DNA from: Candidatus Omnitrophota bacterium
GTDB taxonomy: Bacteria > Omnitrophota > Gorgyraeia > Gygaellales > Profunditerraquicolaceae
Length of the DNA: 64,000 bases
Direction: 5' to 3'
NCBI GenBank assembly: GCA_028715415.1
Contig: JAQURX010000006.1
Coordinates: 8,505-72,504 of the forward strand
In this document: in pieces, positions 46,865 through 55,169 of the stretch
How positions within the stretch are numbered: position 1 is the stretch's first letter
Layout of the letters: each line of letters opens with the position of its first letter
Translations under genes and position numbers: made by a program
Notes under the pieces: model-generated
What the model saw: only the letters and a program-made list of their open reading frames with translations
Told to the model about the DNA's origin: nothing
Database searches by the model: none

Positions 46865-47896
46865 ATGAATAATAAAGTCGTGAAAACCGCTTTATTACTG
46901 CTTGTTTTTTTATTAGGAGGGCATATGAAAGATTTTGCTAAAGATATAGAGAAGGTTAAAATCTTTGATGCCGCAACGGGAGAGGTTAGAGAGGTTGAGA
47001 AAGTCGTGAAAACTGATGCTGAATGGAGGAAGATTTTAACTCCTGAGCAGTTTAAAATTACGAGGCTTAAAGAGACAGAAAAGCCCTTTAGTGGCACTTG
47101 CCCGATTCCTAAAAAGGGCGAAGAAGGGGTGTATCAGTGTGTTTGTTGCGGGACGGATTTATTTAAAGTGGGTTCAAAATTTGAATCTGGTACTGGTTGG
47201 CCTTCTTTCTGGGAAGTGGTTTCAGATTTAAATGTCAAAACACAATCCGATGATAGTTTTGGTATGCATAGGGTTGAAGTTTTATGTGCAAGATGCGATG
47301 CACATTTAGGCCATGTTTTTGATGATGGGCCTCCTCCAACAGGTAAGCGTTATTGTATTAATTCGGTTGCCCTTAAGTTTAAAAAAATAGATAAACACAA
47401 AGCCGATAAAACGGAATTAGCTACATTTGCAGCTGGTTGTTTTTGGGGAGTAGAAGCGTCTTTTAGGGGAGTAAATGGAGTTAAGGAAGTAATTTCCGGA
47501 TATACAGGAGGAAAATTAAGAAATCCTACCTATGAAGATGTGTGCACTAATAAAACCGGGCATGCGGAGTCGGTGCAGATAGAATACAATCCTAAGGTTG
47601 TTTCATATGAGGATTTGTTGAATGTTTTTTGGAGTATACACGATCCAACTACTCTTAATAAGCAAGGCCCGGACATCGGCAGCCAGTATCGTTCGGTGAT
47701 TTTTTATCATACCCCGGAGCAGGAAAAATTAGCAAAGGAAGCTAAGAAAAAACTTGAAGAATCAAAGAAATTTAAAGGTAGGATTGTGACTGAAATTATT
47801 CCCGCTGGCGATTTTTTCAAAGCAGAAGAATATCACCAGCGTTATTATGAAAAACACGGATTAAAACCAGCTTGTCAATTACCCACAAAGAGGTAG
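46865..47896 (+). CDS. msrAB: Exported bifunctional methionine sulfoxide reductase MsrB-MsrA
   Basis: Signal peptide. MsrB with a CxxC ... CxxC zinc site and HLGHVFDDGP. MsrA GCFWG active site. Confidence 0.9.
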   Translation: MNNKVVKTALLLLVFLLGGHMKDFAKDIEKVKIFDAATGEVREVEKVVKTDAEWRKILTPEQFKITRLKETEKPFSGTCPIPKKGEEGVYQCVCCGTDLFKVGSKFESGTGWPSFWEVVSDLNVKTQSDDSFGMHRVEVLCARCDAHLGHVFDDGPPPTGKRYCINSVALKFKKIDKHKADKTELATFAAGCFWGVEASFRGVNGVKEVISGYTGGKLRNPTYEDVCTNKTGHAESVQIEYNPKVVSYEDLLNVFWSIHDPTTLNKQGPDIGSQYRSVIFYHTPEQEKLAKEAKKKLEESKKFKGRIVTEIIPAGDFFKAEEYHQRYYEKHGLKPACQLPTKR

Positions 47897-47898
47897 GA

Positions 47899-48351
47899 AT
47901 GAAAAAACTAACTATTCTTTTATTATTATTGCTCGTTGTGTTAAACGCGCCTATTTGTGCGCAATCATTGGATGATAGCCGAATGAAAACAATATTAGGT
48001 GTAGTAGTTGACCCTAAATTACTTTATCCGGTTAATGATGAAGTTGACCTTACGGATAAAGATTTCCTGGAGTTTCATTGGGCTATGTACGCTACGGATT
48101 TAGTGAACAGGCGGCATTCAGTATTTAGGTTATACGAAGGAGAAGATGCTAAGGAGATAAATTTGATTTTTCAAAAAAGGCTGCCACCTAACATTACAAA
48201 GATAAAGATTGATACAGCTTTACTTGATGATGCAAAGACGTATACTTGGTCTGTTGAGCAGTTTTATTTAAAAGATCAGGGACGAGGAACTGCCTCTGCA
48301 TTTTTTAAAGTAACAAAGAAGAAGATAGAAAAGAGCTCTTATGAATATTAA
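47899..48351 (+). CDS. Secreted hypothetical protein (150 aa)
   Basis: ATG with signal peptide MKKLTILLLLLLVVLNAPICAQ, in frame with the track ORF beginning 47872. Confidence 0.5.
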   Translation: MKKLTILLLLLLVVLNAPICAQSLDDSRMKTILGVVVDPKLLYPVNDEVDLTDKDFLEFHWAMYATDLVNRRHSVFRLYEGEDAKEINLIFQKRLPPNITKIKIDTALLDDAKTYTWSVEQFYLKDQGRGTASAFFKVTKKKIEKSSYEY

Positions 48352-48404
48352 AGATAAGTAAATAAAAGTAATAATAAGTAAGTTATGATTAAAATATATT
48401 ATTA

Positions 48405-48545
48405 TAAAAGTAAAATAAAGTAAGTTTGAGTAAGTAGAAATTTAAAGAATAGGTAGTTTAAAGTAAGTTTGAGTAAATCTAGTGATACATAAGTATATGA
48501 AAATAGGTAACTATGAGTAAGTTTGAGTAAGTATTGAAAACTAGC
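48405..48545 (+). repeat. Three degenerate tandem units (about 45-55 nt), each beginning AGTAAGTTTGAGTAA(G/A)T and containing AATAGGTA
   Basis: Read directly from the sequence: copies at about 48418, 48461 and 48516 in an AT-rich spacer with no ORF. Confidence 0.6.
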
Positions 48546-48593
48546 GAAATGCAGATTAGGAATTATAATTTGATTTCTACCGTTAAATAAACA

Positions 48594-48622
48594 TTGACAA
48601 GTTTTTCTTAAGCTGATAAAGT
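48594..48622 (+). promoter_or_regulatory. sigma70-type promoter (TTGACA, 17 nt spacer, TAAAGT) driving the riboswitch/btu-cob operon
   Basis: Sequence match only. Confidence 0.4.
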
Positions 48623-48635
48623 AGCAATTGACAAC

Positions 48636-48896
48636 TTGAGATTATAGGACAAGGGAAATCAGTAAATGCTGATGCGGTCCCGCCGCTGTAACCTAAGTAC
48701 TTTTTGAAAGAAAAGTAAACTTTTGGCAAGAGATAAAGCCACTGTCAAAAAATTTGATGGGAAGGTAAGCCAAAAGTGTTTAGGAAGCCAGAAGACCTGC
48801 CTATAAAAAAGTAACTCCTCGTGGAAAGGGCTAAGAATAATATTAGGGTGAAGCCTTTGATGACAAATTTAGTCGTCAGAGGCTTTCTTTTTTAAG
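48636..48896 (+). promoter_or_regulatory. Cobalamin (AdoCbl) riboswitch with terminator expression platform
   Basis: AAGGGAA, GCGGTCCCGCCGCTGTAA, GCCACTG, GGGAAGG and the B12 box AGCCAGAAGACCTGCC all present in the canonical order. GAAGCCTTTGATGAC ... GTCGTCAGAGGCTTT hairpin plus T6 at 48849-48896. Confidence 0.9.
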
Positions 48897-48918
48897 AGCA
48901 CAACTCATTAGGTTTATT

Positions 48919-49755
48919 ATGAAGAAGCTATTAATATTATTGATTCCGTTGGTTTTTTTAGTATCAAAGGCACAAGCTGGAGAAAGATATATTTCTCTAG
49001 CGCCTTCAACAACAGAAATTCTTTTTGCGCTTGGCCTTGAATCAGAAATCGTTGGAGTAAGCACTTTTTGCAATTATCCTCCGGAGGCTAAGAATAAAGA
49101 AAAGGTAGGAGATTTTAGTTATCCTAATCTGGAAAAAATAGCTTCTTTAAATCCGGATTATGTTTTTTGCACCGGATTAGAACAGGCACCGGTTATTAAT
49201 GAATTAAAAAGGCTAAAATTAAATTTTTATGTTGCTGATCCGGTAAATATTCAGGAGCTTTTTGAAACGATTAACGATATCGGTAAAATTACGGGAAAGC
49301 ATAATGAAGCAGCTAAGCTGATTGAGAAAATGAAATCTGAAGTTGATGGGGTGATTGCTCAATCAAAGAATATCCCGCAGGAAAAGAGGCTCGGAGTTTT
49401 TGTTGAGATTTGGCATGAACCGCTTATGACCGCGGGGAAAGGCTCCTTAGTTGACGAATTAATTACGCTTGCAGGTGGAATTAATATTGCGCATGATGTA
49501 CCGCGGCCATATTGTATTTTTAGTGCTGAGAAAGTAATTAGTTTTAATCCCCAATGCATTATATTGGCTTACATGGATAAAGAATCCCCGATAAAACTTG
49601 TTGAATCGCGGTTTGGCTGGAAGAATATAGATGCTGTTAAGAATAAAAGAGTGTTTAATGACATTGACCCAGATTTATTCCTGCGGCCCGGCCCAAGGAT
49701 TACTATTGGCTTAAAAGCTTTGTTTAATAAATTATATCCCAATGAAAAAAATTAA
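48919..49755 (+). CDS. btuF: Periplasmic cobalamin/siderophore-type substrate-binding protein (BtuF-like)
   Basis: Signal peptide. 278 aa, class III SBP. Context: the riboswitch and cob genes. Confidence 0.8.
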   Translation: MKKLLILLIPLVFLVSKAQAGERYISLAPSTTEILFALGLESEIVGVSTFCNYPPEAKNKEKVGDFSYPNLEKIASLNPDYVFCTGLEQAPVINELKRLKLNFYVADPVNIQELFETINDIGKITGKHNEAAKLIEKMKSEVDGVIAQSKNIPQEKRLGVFVEIWHEPLMTAGKGSLVDELITLAGGINIAHDVPRPYCIFSAEKVISFNPQCIILAYMDKESPIKLVESRFGWKNIDAVKNKRVFNDIDPDLFLRPGPRITIGLKALFNKLYPNEKN

Positions 49756-50698
49756 ATTAAAATTCAGCATTATTTTCTTGTTTCTAATATTGGTTATTGT
49801 AATTATCCTTGGTTTAGTTAAAGGCGCGGTGGATATCCCGTTAACCAAGTTATTGTTTAAGGAGAATCAAGCTATTTTGAACATGCGTTTATTGCGGGTT
49901 TTAACAGCGCTTCTTGTGGGAAGCGGACTTGCTGTCTCGGGGATTGCTTTACAGGCAGTTTTAAGGAACCCTTTGGCAGAGCCATATCTGTTGGGCACTT
50001 CAAGTGGAGCGGGCCTTGCTGCAGTGATTGCGGTTATTTTGGGGATTTCAAGAATCTATATGCCTTTAGCTGCTTTTTTGGGGGCAGTTGTAAGTATAGT
50101 AATTGTCTATAATCTGGCAAGCGAAGGCAAGAGAATCTCCAGCAATTCTTTAATCCTTTCCGGAGTGATTATCTCTATAGCATTTTCCGCGGTTATCGTT
50201 TTTCTTGTTTCAATATTCGGTAATGAGGCTATGCATGAGGTGTCTTGGTGGCTCTGGGGAAGTTTACAGGTCTATGATTATAAATTAATCCTTTTAGTTT
50301 CTTTTCCGGTGTTATTGGGGATAGCTGCGATTTACTTCTTTGCTCAGGATTTAAACGCAATCAGCATGGGCGAAGAAGAGGCAATGCATCTTGGTATAGA
50401 TGCGCAAAATATAAAGAAGATTTTAATTTTGATAACTGCTTTGATAACTGCAAGCTTGATTTGTATATGCGGGATTATCGGTTTTGTTGGTTTGATTGTC
50501 CCCCATATGATGCGTAGGGTTGTTGGGCCTAATCATAAGGTGCTTATCCCGATTACTTGTTTGGCTGCGGCGATTTTTATGGTTGTCTGCGACCTTTTGT
50601 CGCGGACTATTTTTGCTCCGATTGAAATTCCTATAGGAGTTATTACTGCTATCATCGGGACGCCTGTATTTGTTGTTTTGTTGAAGAAGAGAGTTTAA
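49742..50698 (+). CDS. btuC: FecCD-family ABC permease (BtuC-like)
   Basis: About 9-10 TM helices. Overlaps the btuF end. Confidence 0.85.
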   Translation: MKKIKLKFSIIFLFLILVIVIILGLVKGAVDIPLTKLLFKENQAILNMRLLRVLTALLVGSGLAVSGIALQAVLRNPLAEPYLLGTSSGAGLAAVIAVILGISRIYMPLAAFLGAVVSIVIVYNLASEGKRISSNSLILSGVIISIAFSAVIVFLVSIFGNEAMHEVSWWLWGSLQVYDYKLILLVSFPVLLGIAAIYFFAQDLNAISMGEEEAMHLGIDAQNIKKILILITALITASLICICGIIGFVGLIVPHMMRRVVGPNHKVLIPITCLAAAIFMVVCDLLSRTIFAPIEIPIGVITAIIGTPVFVVLLKKRV

Positions 50699-50706
50699 TA
50701 TTCATC

Positions 50707-50898
50707 TTAATGTTTCGGCATTTTTGCTGTAGGCGCATTAGAAAATTTTTGGCACAGCTATTAACATTAGTGCGCAAGGATTTACGAGCAGCGAAGGACA
50801 GCTATATAAGAACGCTAAGCCGTAGCGACGAAGTAAACCGCAGCGCACGGCAAAAATTTTCAGCGCCGGAAGCGAAAATGCCGAAACACAACATCAGT
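50707..50898. repeat. About 190-bp intergenic element bounded by 14-nt perfect inverted repeats (TGTTTCGGCATTTT / AAAATGCCGAAACA), MITE-like
   Basis: Inverted repeats at 50711-50724 and 50885-50898. Internal AGCGAAG-type motifs. Begins TTAATGTTTCGGCATTTTT, which resembles the ends of the element at 52811-53340. No credible ORF. Confidence 0.55.
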
Positions 50899-50906
50899 TT
50901 AATATT

Positions 50907-51707
50907 ATGGAATCTTTATTAAAAATTAAGAATCTTACCGGTGGATATTACAAAGAAGATATTGTCAGGGATATATCTTTGGAAGTTAACCGCCGTGATT
51001 TTGTAGGGATTATCGGGCCGAACGGAAGCGGGAAGACTACGCTTCTTAGGTTTGCAACAAGGATTCTGGCTCCAAGAAGCGGAGAGATTACTTTTGAAGA
51101 TAAAAACATCTTTGATATGAATTTAAAGGAATTCTGTCAAAAGGTCGCATTTGTTTCTCAGGATATTCCCATTGATTTCTCTTATAGCGTAATGGAGTTT
51201 GTGCTGATGGGAAGAATCCCGCATTTGCAACGCCTGCAGTTTGAGACAAAAAAAGATTTTGAGATTGTTCAAAACGCCCTTGAATTAACTGATGCGGTTT
51301 ATTTGAAAGATAAAAGAATTGATGAGTTAAGTTCAGGAGAACGCCAGCGTTTAATTATCGCAAGAGCGCTTGCGCAAGAACCAACCCTTTTATTCCTGGA
51401 TGAGCCGACATCGCATCTGGATATTGGACATCAGATACAGGTGTTAGATCTTTTAAAGAGGCTCAACCAGAAAAACAATTTAACAATTATAATTGTTTTG
51501 CATGATCTTAATCTTGCAAGTGCATATTGTAACCGTATTGTTCTGCTTGATAGCGGCAAAACTTTTAAAATTGGTCCTCCCGAAGAAGTGTTAACTTATC
51601 AGAATATCGAAGCAGTTTATAAAACAGTGGTTTTGGTAAACGATAACCCTTTGACACATAAACCAAATGTTGTTTTGGTGCCGGGAGATGTTAAACGTGG
51701 CAACTAA
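50907..51707 (+). CDS. btuD: ABC transporter ATPase (BtuD/FecE-like)
   Basis: Walker A GPNGSGKTT, LSSGERQR signature and Walker B LLFLDEPT. No SD upstream, since the element abuts the start. Confidence 0.85.
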   Translation: MESLLKIKNLTGGYYKEDIVRDISLEVNRRDFVGIIGPNGSGKTTLLRFATRILAPRSGEITFEDKNIFDMNLKEFCQKVAFVSQDIPIDFSYSVMEFVLMGRIPHLQRLQFETKKDFEIVQNALELTDAVYLKDKRIDELSSGERQRLIIARALAQEPTLLFLDEPTSHLDIGHQIQVLDLLKRLNQKNNLTIIIVLHDLNLASAYCNRIVLLDSGKTFKIGPPEEVLTYQNIEAVYKTVVLVNDNPLTHKPNVVLVPGDVKRGN

Positions 51708-52293
51708 AATAGTCTTAATTAGGCACGGTGTCACCAGATGGAATAAAGAAAAGCGTTATTGTGGGTGTATGGATATAGGTTTGAGCAAAGAAGGCAAAGC
51801 TCAGGCTGAAAAATTAAAAAAGCATCTTTCCGGAAATAAATTCCATAAAATATATTCCAGTGACCGAAAACGCGCACTTCAAACCGCAAAGATAATCTTT
51901 AAAGGTTTAAAGCTTATACAAGTTAAGGGTTTGCGCGAAATGAGCTTTGGCGTCATGGAGGGGTTAAGGCATGATGATATTCTAAAGAAGTATCCAAAAG
52001 AATACAGCCGTTGGTTAGAGAATCCTTTTAAATATAATATTCCTAAAGCAGAAGCACTGGTTGATTTCAAAAAAAGGGTAAACTGTGCTATTAGAAAGAT
52101 TGTTGATTCTAACCGGGGGAAGACTGTTGCTGTTGTTTGTCACGGAGGAGCAATCGGAATATTTGTTACAGGAATCCTAAAGAAGAAAGATTTTTGGCGC
52201 CATGTCCCCAAGACTACTAGTGTTACCATTGTTGAATTTATGAAAAATAAACCAAAGATAAAATTATTTAATGCTGCAAGCCATTTGGAGTAA
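51688..52293 (+). CDS. cobC: Alpha-ribazole-5'-phosphate phosphatase (histidine phosphatase family)
   Basis: LIRHGVTRWN (the RHG motif). GGGAG RBS before the ATG at 51688. Sits inside the cob cluster. Confidence 0.75.
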   Translation: MLNVATKIVLIRHGVTRWNKEKRYCGCMDIGLSKEGKAQAEKLKKHLSGNKFHKIYSSDRKRALQTAKIIFKGLKLIQVKGLREMSFGVMEGLRHDDILKKYPKEYSRWLENPFKYNIPKAEALVDFKKRVNCAIRKIVDSNRGKTVAVVCHGGAIGIFVTGILKKKDFWRHVPKTTSVTIVEFMKNKPKIKLFNAASHLE

Positions 52294-52299
52294 TTAATA

Positions 52300-52815
52300 A
52301 TGAGCAAAATTATTTTAATTTTAGGCGGGGCAAGGAGCGGAAAGAGCTCTTATGCTGTGAGTTTAGCGAAAAAGTTTAAAAAGATAGCTTTTGTTGCTAC
52401 ATGCGAAGGATTGGATAGGGAAATGAGAAAACGCATTGAGCTGCATAAGAAAGATAGGCCTAAAAATTGGAAGACTTATGAAGAGCCAAGAAATGTTTCA
52501 GAAGCAATAAAGAAAATTGACAATTCATTCGATTGTATCCTTATAGATTGCTTGACGCTTTTAGTTTCAAATTTAGTTTTAAATAAATTTAATCAGGAAA
52601 AAATCATTAAAGCAATTCAGGAGATGTTGGTTGATTTAAAGAAAAAGAAAGCAACTGTGATAATTGTTTCCAATGAAGTCGGATTAGGAATTGTCCCTGC
52701 AACTAAATTAGGAAGAGAGTTTCGTGATATAGCCGGCAGGGTTAATCAGGTTGTAGCAAAAGAAGCTGACAAAGTGTTCTTTACGGTTTCCGGAATAGCA
52801 ACATGTATTAAATGA
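52300..52815 (+). CDS. cobU: Adenosylcobinamide kinase / adenosylcobinamide-phosphate guanylyltransferase
   Basis: P-loop ILILGGARSGKSSYA. 171 aa, as for CobU/CobP. Confidence 0.85.
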   Translation: MSKIILILGGARSGKSSYAVSLAKKFKKIAFVATCEGLDREMRKRIELHKKDRPKNWKTYEEPRNVSEAIKKIDNSFDCILIDCLTLLVSNLVLNKFNQEKIIKAIQEMLVDLKKKKATVIIVSNEVGLGIVPATKLGREFRDIAGRVNQVVAKEADKVFFTVSGIATCIK

Positions 52816-53340
52816 ATCTGCCGTCTTTAAAGCTTGAATTTTAGTGTTTGCTTTCGGCGCTGAAAATTTTTGCCGTGTGTTCTTTAATGAATCTGTCGTT
52901 TTTCTCGCTCAGGTCGATTTTTTAACGGCAAAGGTCTCTCGTATTTTGGCGGCTGCTGAACTCGTCGCATTTGCTCTAGCAAATGCTCCTCGGACAGCAT
53001 CGCCGTCCCGATATTGTCCCGCCCTGTCGGTCGGGACATCGGGATTCCCAAAATACTCGAGCATGCTTTGCCTAAAATCGACATTCGCTCGAATAAGCGA
53101 CAGATTCATTTATAATAGTAAGAGTTTCAGCAGATGGCTTGGCTTTTGTTTTATCGGGGCCTCCGAGGATGCCGAGCGGGCACGGATGCCCAGCTAAATA
53201 GAAAGTAGGCAGAGCGAGGCACCGCAGGGGAGCGAAATTTTGCCTCGCAGGGGCAAAATAAGCGTCCCCGAGAAAACAAAAGACAAGACAGACGCGTAAG
53301 AAATAAGTTGAATTAATCAAGAAGAATAATAAATAGTCAA
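52811..53340. mobile_element. About 530-bp non-coding insert, noticeably G+C-richer than its flanks: three copies of AATGAATCTGYCG (two direct, one inverted) bounding a 226-bp unit with nested GC-rich hairpins, plus a second structured about 230-nt segment
   Basis: Motif copies at 52811-52828 (overlapping the cobU stop), 52885-52903 and inverted at 53097-53110. Hairpin TCCCGAT-att-GTCCCG-ccctgtcggt-CGGGAC-ATCGGGA at about 52999-53044. GCGAGG ... CCTCGC and GGGCA ... TGCCC stems at 53170-53270. No RBS-supported ORF. Confidence 0.5.
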
Positions 53341-53355
53341 AATATAGGAGATTAA

Positions 53356-54414
53356 ATGAAGGTAATTAATGAGATAATTTCAAATATAAGCGGTATTGAT
53401 CAAGAGTTGGTCAAGAAGACTCAAGCGAGATTAGATAACCTAACTAAGCCTCTTGGAAGCTTAGGCAGGTTAGAAGAATTAGCAAAACAGATTTGCGGGA
53501 TTACAGGTAAGGATTATCCGGTATTGGGGAATAAAGTTATTTTTACTCTTGCTGCTGATCATGGAGTTACTGATGAGGGAGTAAGCGCGTATCCAAAAGA
53601 AGTTACGGCACAGATGGTTTACAATTTTCTTGCAAATGGAGCAGCAATAAATGTTTTGGCAAACCATGTTGGTGCCCGCGTTGTGGTAGCTGATGTTGGA
53701 GTTGTAAGTGAGCTTAAGCCAAACCCAAGGTTACTAATTAAGAAAGTAAATAATGGCACTAAGAATATGGCAAAAGGCCCTGCTATGACAAAAGAAGAGG
53801 CGATCAAAGCAATAACTACCGGAATAGGAATATTTGAAGATGAATTTAAGCGCGGAGCAGACATAGTTGGAACAGGCGAGATGGGGATAGGGAACACTAC
53901 GGCAGCAAGTGCAATTACTGCTTGTTTTATAAAGCAGTCGATTGAAGAGATAACAGGCCGTGGTGCGGGCTTAGATGATAAAGGGTTAAAAAATAAAGTT
54001 GAAATCATTAAAAAAGCGCTTTTAGTAAACAAGCCTGATTCCAGTGACGCAATTGATGTTTTATCAAAGGTAGGAGGTTTTGAGATTGGAGGGCTTGTAG
54101 GAATAATTCTCGCTGCTTCTTCTAAAAAGATACCGATAGTAATTGATGGGTTTATTTCGGGAGCTGCCGCACTTATTGCTTATAAGCTTGAGCCTAAAGT
54201 TAAAGATTATATGATAGCTGCGCATAAATCAGTTGAAGGGGGGCATAGGTTTATTCTGGATTATATCGGATTAAAACCTCTCATTGATTTGGATTTAAGG
54301 TTAGGCGAGGGAACCGGAGGGGCGCTTGGTATAGGATTAGCTGATGCTGCAATCAAGATCCTTACTCAAATGGCGACCTTTGAAAGCGCTAATGTTTCCG
54401 AAAGGGGTAAGTAA
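53356..54414 (+). CDS. cobT: Nicotinate-nucleotide--dimethylbenzimidazole phosphoribosyltransferase
   Basis: 352 aa with GTGEMGIGNTT and the family-typical glycine-rich segments. AGGAG RBS. Confidence 0.88.
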   Translation: MKVINEIISNISGIDQELVKKTQARLDNLTKPLGSLGRLEELAKQICGITGKDYPVLGNKVIFTLAADHGVTDEGVSAYPKEVTAQMVYNFLANGAAINVLANHVGARVVVADVGVVSELKPNPRLLIKKVNNGTKNMAKGPAMTKEEAIKAITTGIGIFEDEFKRGADIVGTGEMGIGNTTAASAITACFIKQSIEEITGRGAGLDDKGLKNKVEIIKKALLVNKPDSSDAIDVLSKVGGFEIGGLVGIILAASSKKIPIVIDGFISGAAALIAYKLEPKVKDYMIAAHKSVEGGHRFILDYIGLKPLIDLDLRLGEGTGGALGIGLADAAIKILTQMATFESANVSERGK

Positions 54415-55169
54415 TGAGTAGATTTTTATTAGCTTTACAGTTTTTGACTATTTTCCCCATAAAGATCAAAAGTGTTTCTGTGAAAAAACTGTCAGGGTCT
54501 CTTATTTATTTCCCGGTTGTAGGTTTAGTAATCGGATTGATGCTTGCGGCGTTATATACTCTGTTGATTAATTTAGATTTTACTTCATTTGCAACAAGTG
54601 TTATCACAGTGATTGCGCTAATTATTATTACCGGAGGAATGCATTTTGATGGCCTTGCTGATACTTTTGATGCTTTATTAAGCGTAAGATCAAAGGAAGA
54701 AATGTTGCGTATTATGCGTGATCCTCATATTGGAGTTATGGGGGTGTTAAGTATTATAAGTATTGTTATTCTAAAGATCGGATTGTTATCTTCAATTGAT
54801 GTTGAAAATACAATCAAAGCTATTATTTTGATGTGTGCACTTGGCAGGTGGTCGGCAGTATTCCTCATGTTTAATTTTCCATATGCGCGCAGTGAAGGGA
54901 AAGCAAAAGTTTTTATTGATGGGATGAATTTAAATATCTTTACGCTTTCTGCAGCTATAGTTATTTTAATTTCCGCGGCAATCTGGCAGGCAAAAGGATT
55001 ATTAATTTTATTAGTTATGACAGGGGTTGTCTATTTATTCGGCTTGCTGACTAAGAAAAAAATAGGAGGAATTACCGGAGATACATTAGGCGCTGGGATT
55101 GAATTGGCTGAGTGCGCCATTTTATTTAGTTTTATAATATTGGAAAGGAATTGCCAATGGATAAATTAA
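54414..55169 (+). CDS. cobS: Cobalamin-5'-phosphate synthase (adenosylcobinamide-GDP ribazoletransferase)
   Basis: Polytopic membrane protein with a GGMHFDGLADTFDAL motif. Confidence 0.85.
   Translation: MSRFLLALQFLTIFPIKIKSVSVKKLSGSLIYFPVVGLVIGLMLAALYTLLINLDFTSFATSVITVIALIIITGGMHFDGLADTFDALLSVRSKEEMLRIMRDPHIGVMGVLSIISIVILKIGLLSSIDVENTIKAIILMCALGRWSAVFLMFNFPYARSEGKAKVFIDGMNLNIFTLSAAIVILISAAIWQAKGLLILLVMTGVVYLFGLLTKKKIGGITGDTLGAGIELAECAILFSFIILERNCQWIN

Noticed and set aside
48405-48545. CRISPR array
   Set aside because: The repeats are only about 17 nt, imperfect and irregularly spaced, and no cas genes are nearby. A simple tandem or iteron-like repeat is more likely.
50710-50922. 70-aa ORF between btuC and btuD
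   Set aside because: Starts inside the left inverted repeat of the intergenic element and overlaps the btuD start. No SD. Arg-rich translation typical of reading structured GC-rich RNA.
52990-53060. tRNA or tmRNA-like gene (GGGATTCCC resembles a T-loop)
   Set aside because: No acceptor stem/CCA context or anticodon arm could be built. The motif is part of a larger nested hairpin.
52844-53197. 117-aa plus-strand ORF inside the GC-rich cobU-cobT element
   Set aside because: No SD. The translation is Ala/Arg/Ser-rich low complexity. The region is better explained by nested RNA hairpins and terminal repeats.
52816-53355. Second cobalamin riboswitch before cobT
   Set aside because: None of the B12 core motifs (GCCACTG, GGGAAGG, B12 box) is present, although a GTCCCGCCCTGTCGG string superficially resembles the aptamer.
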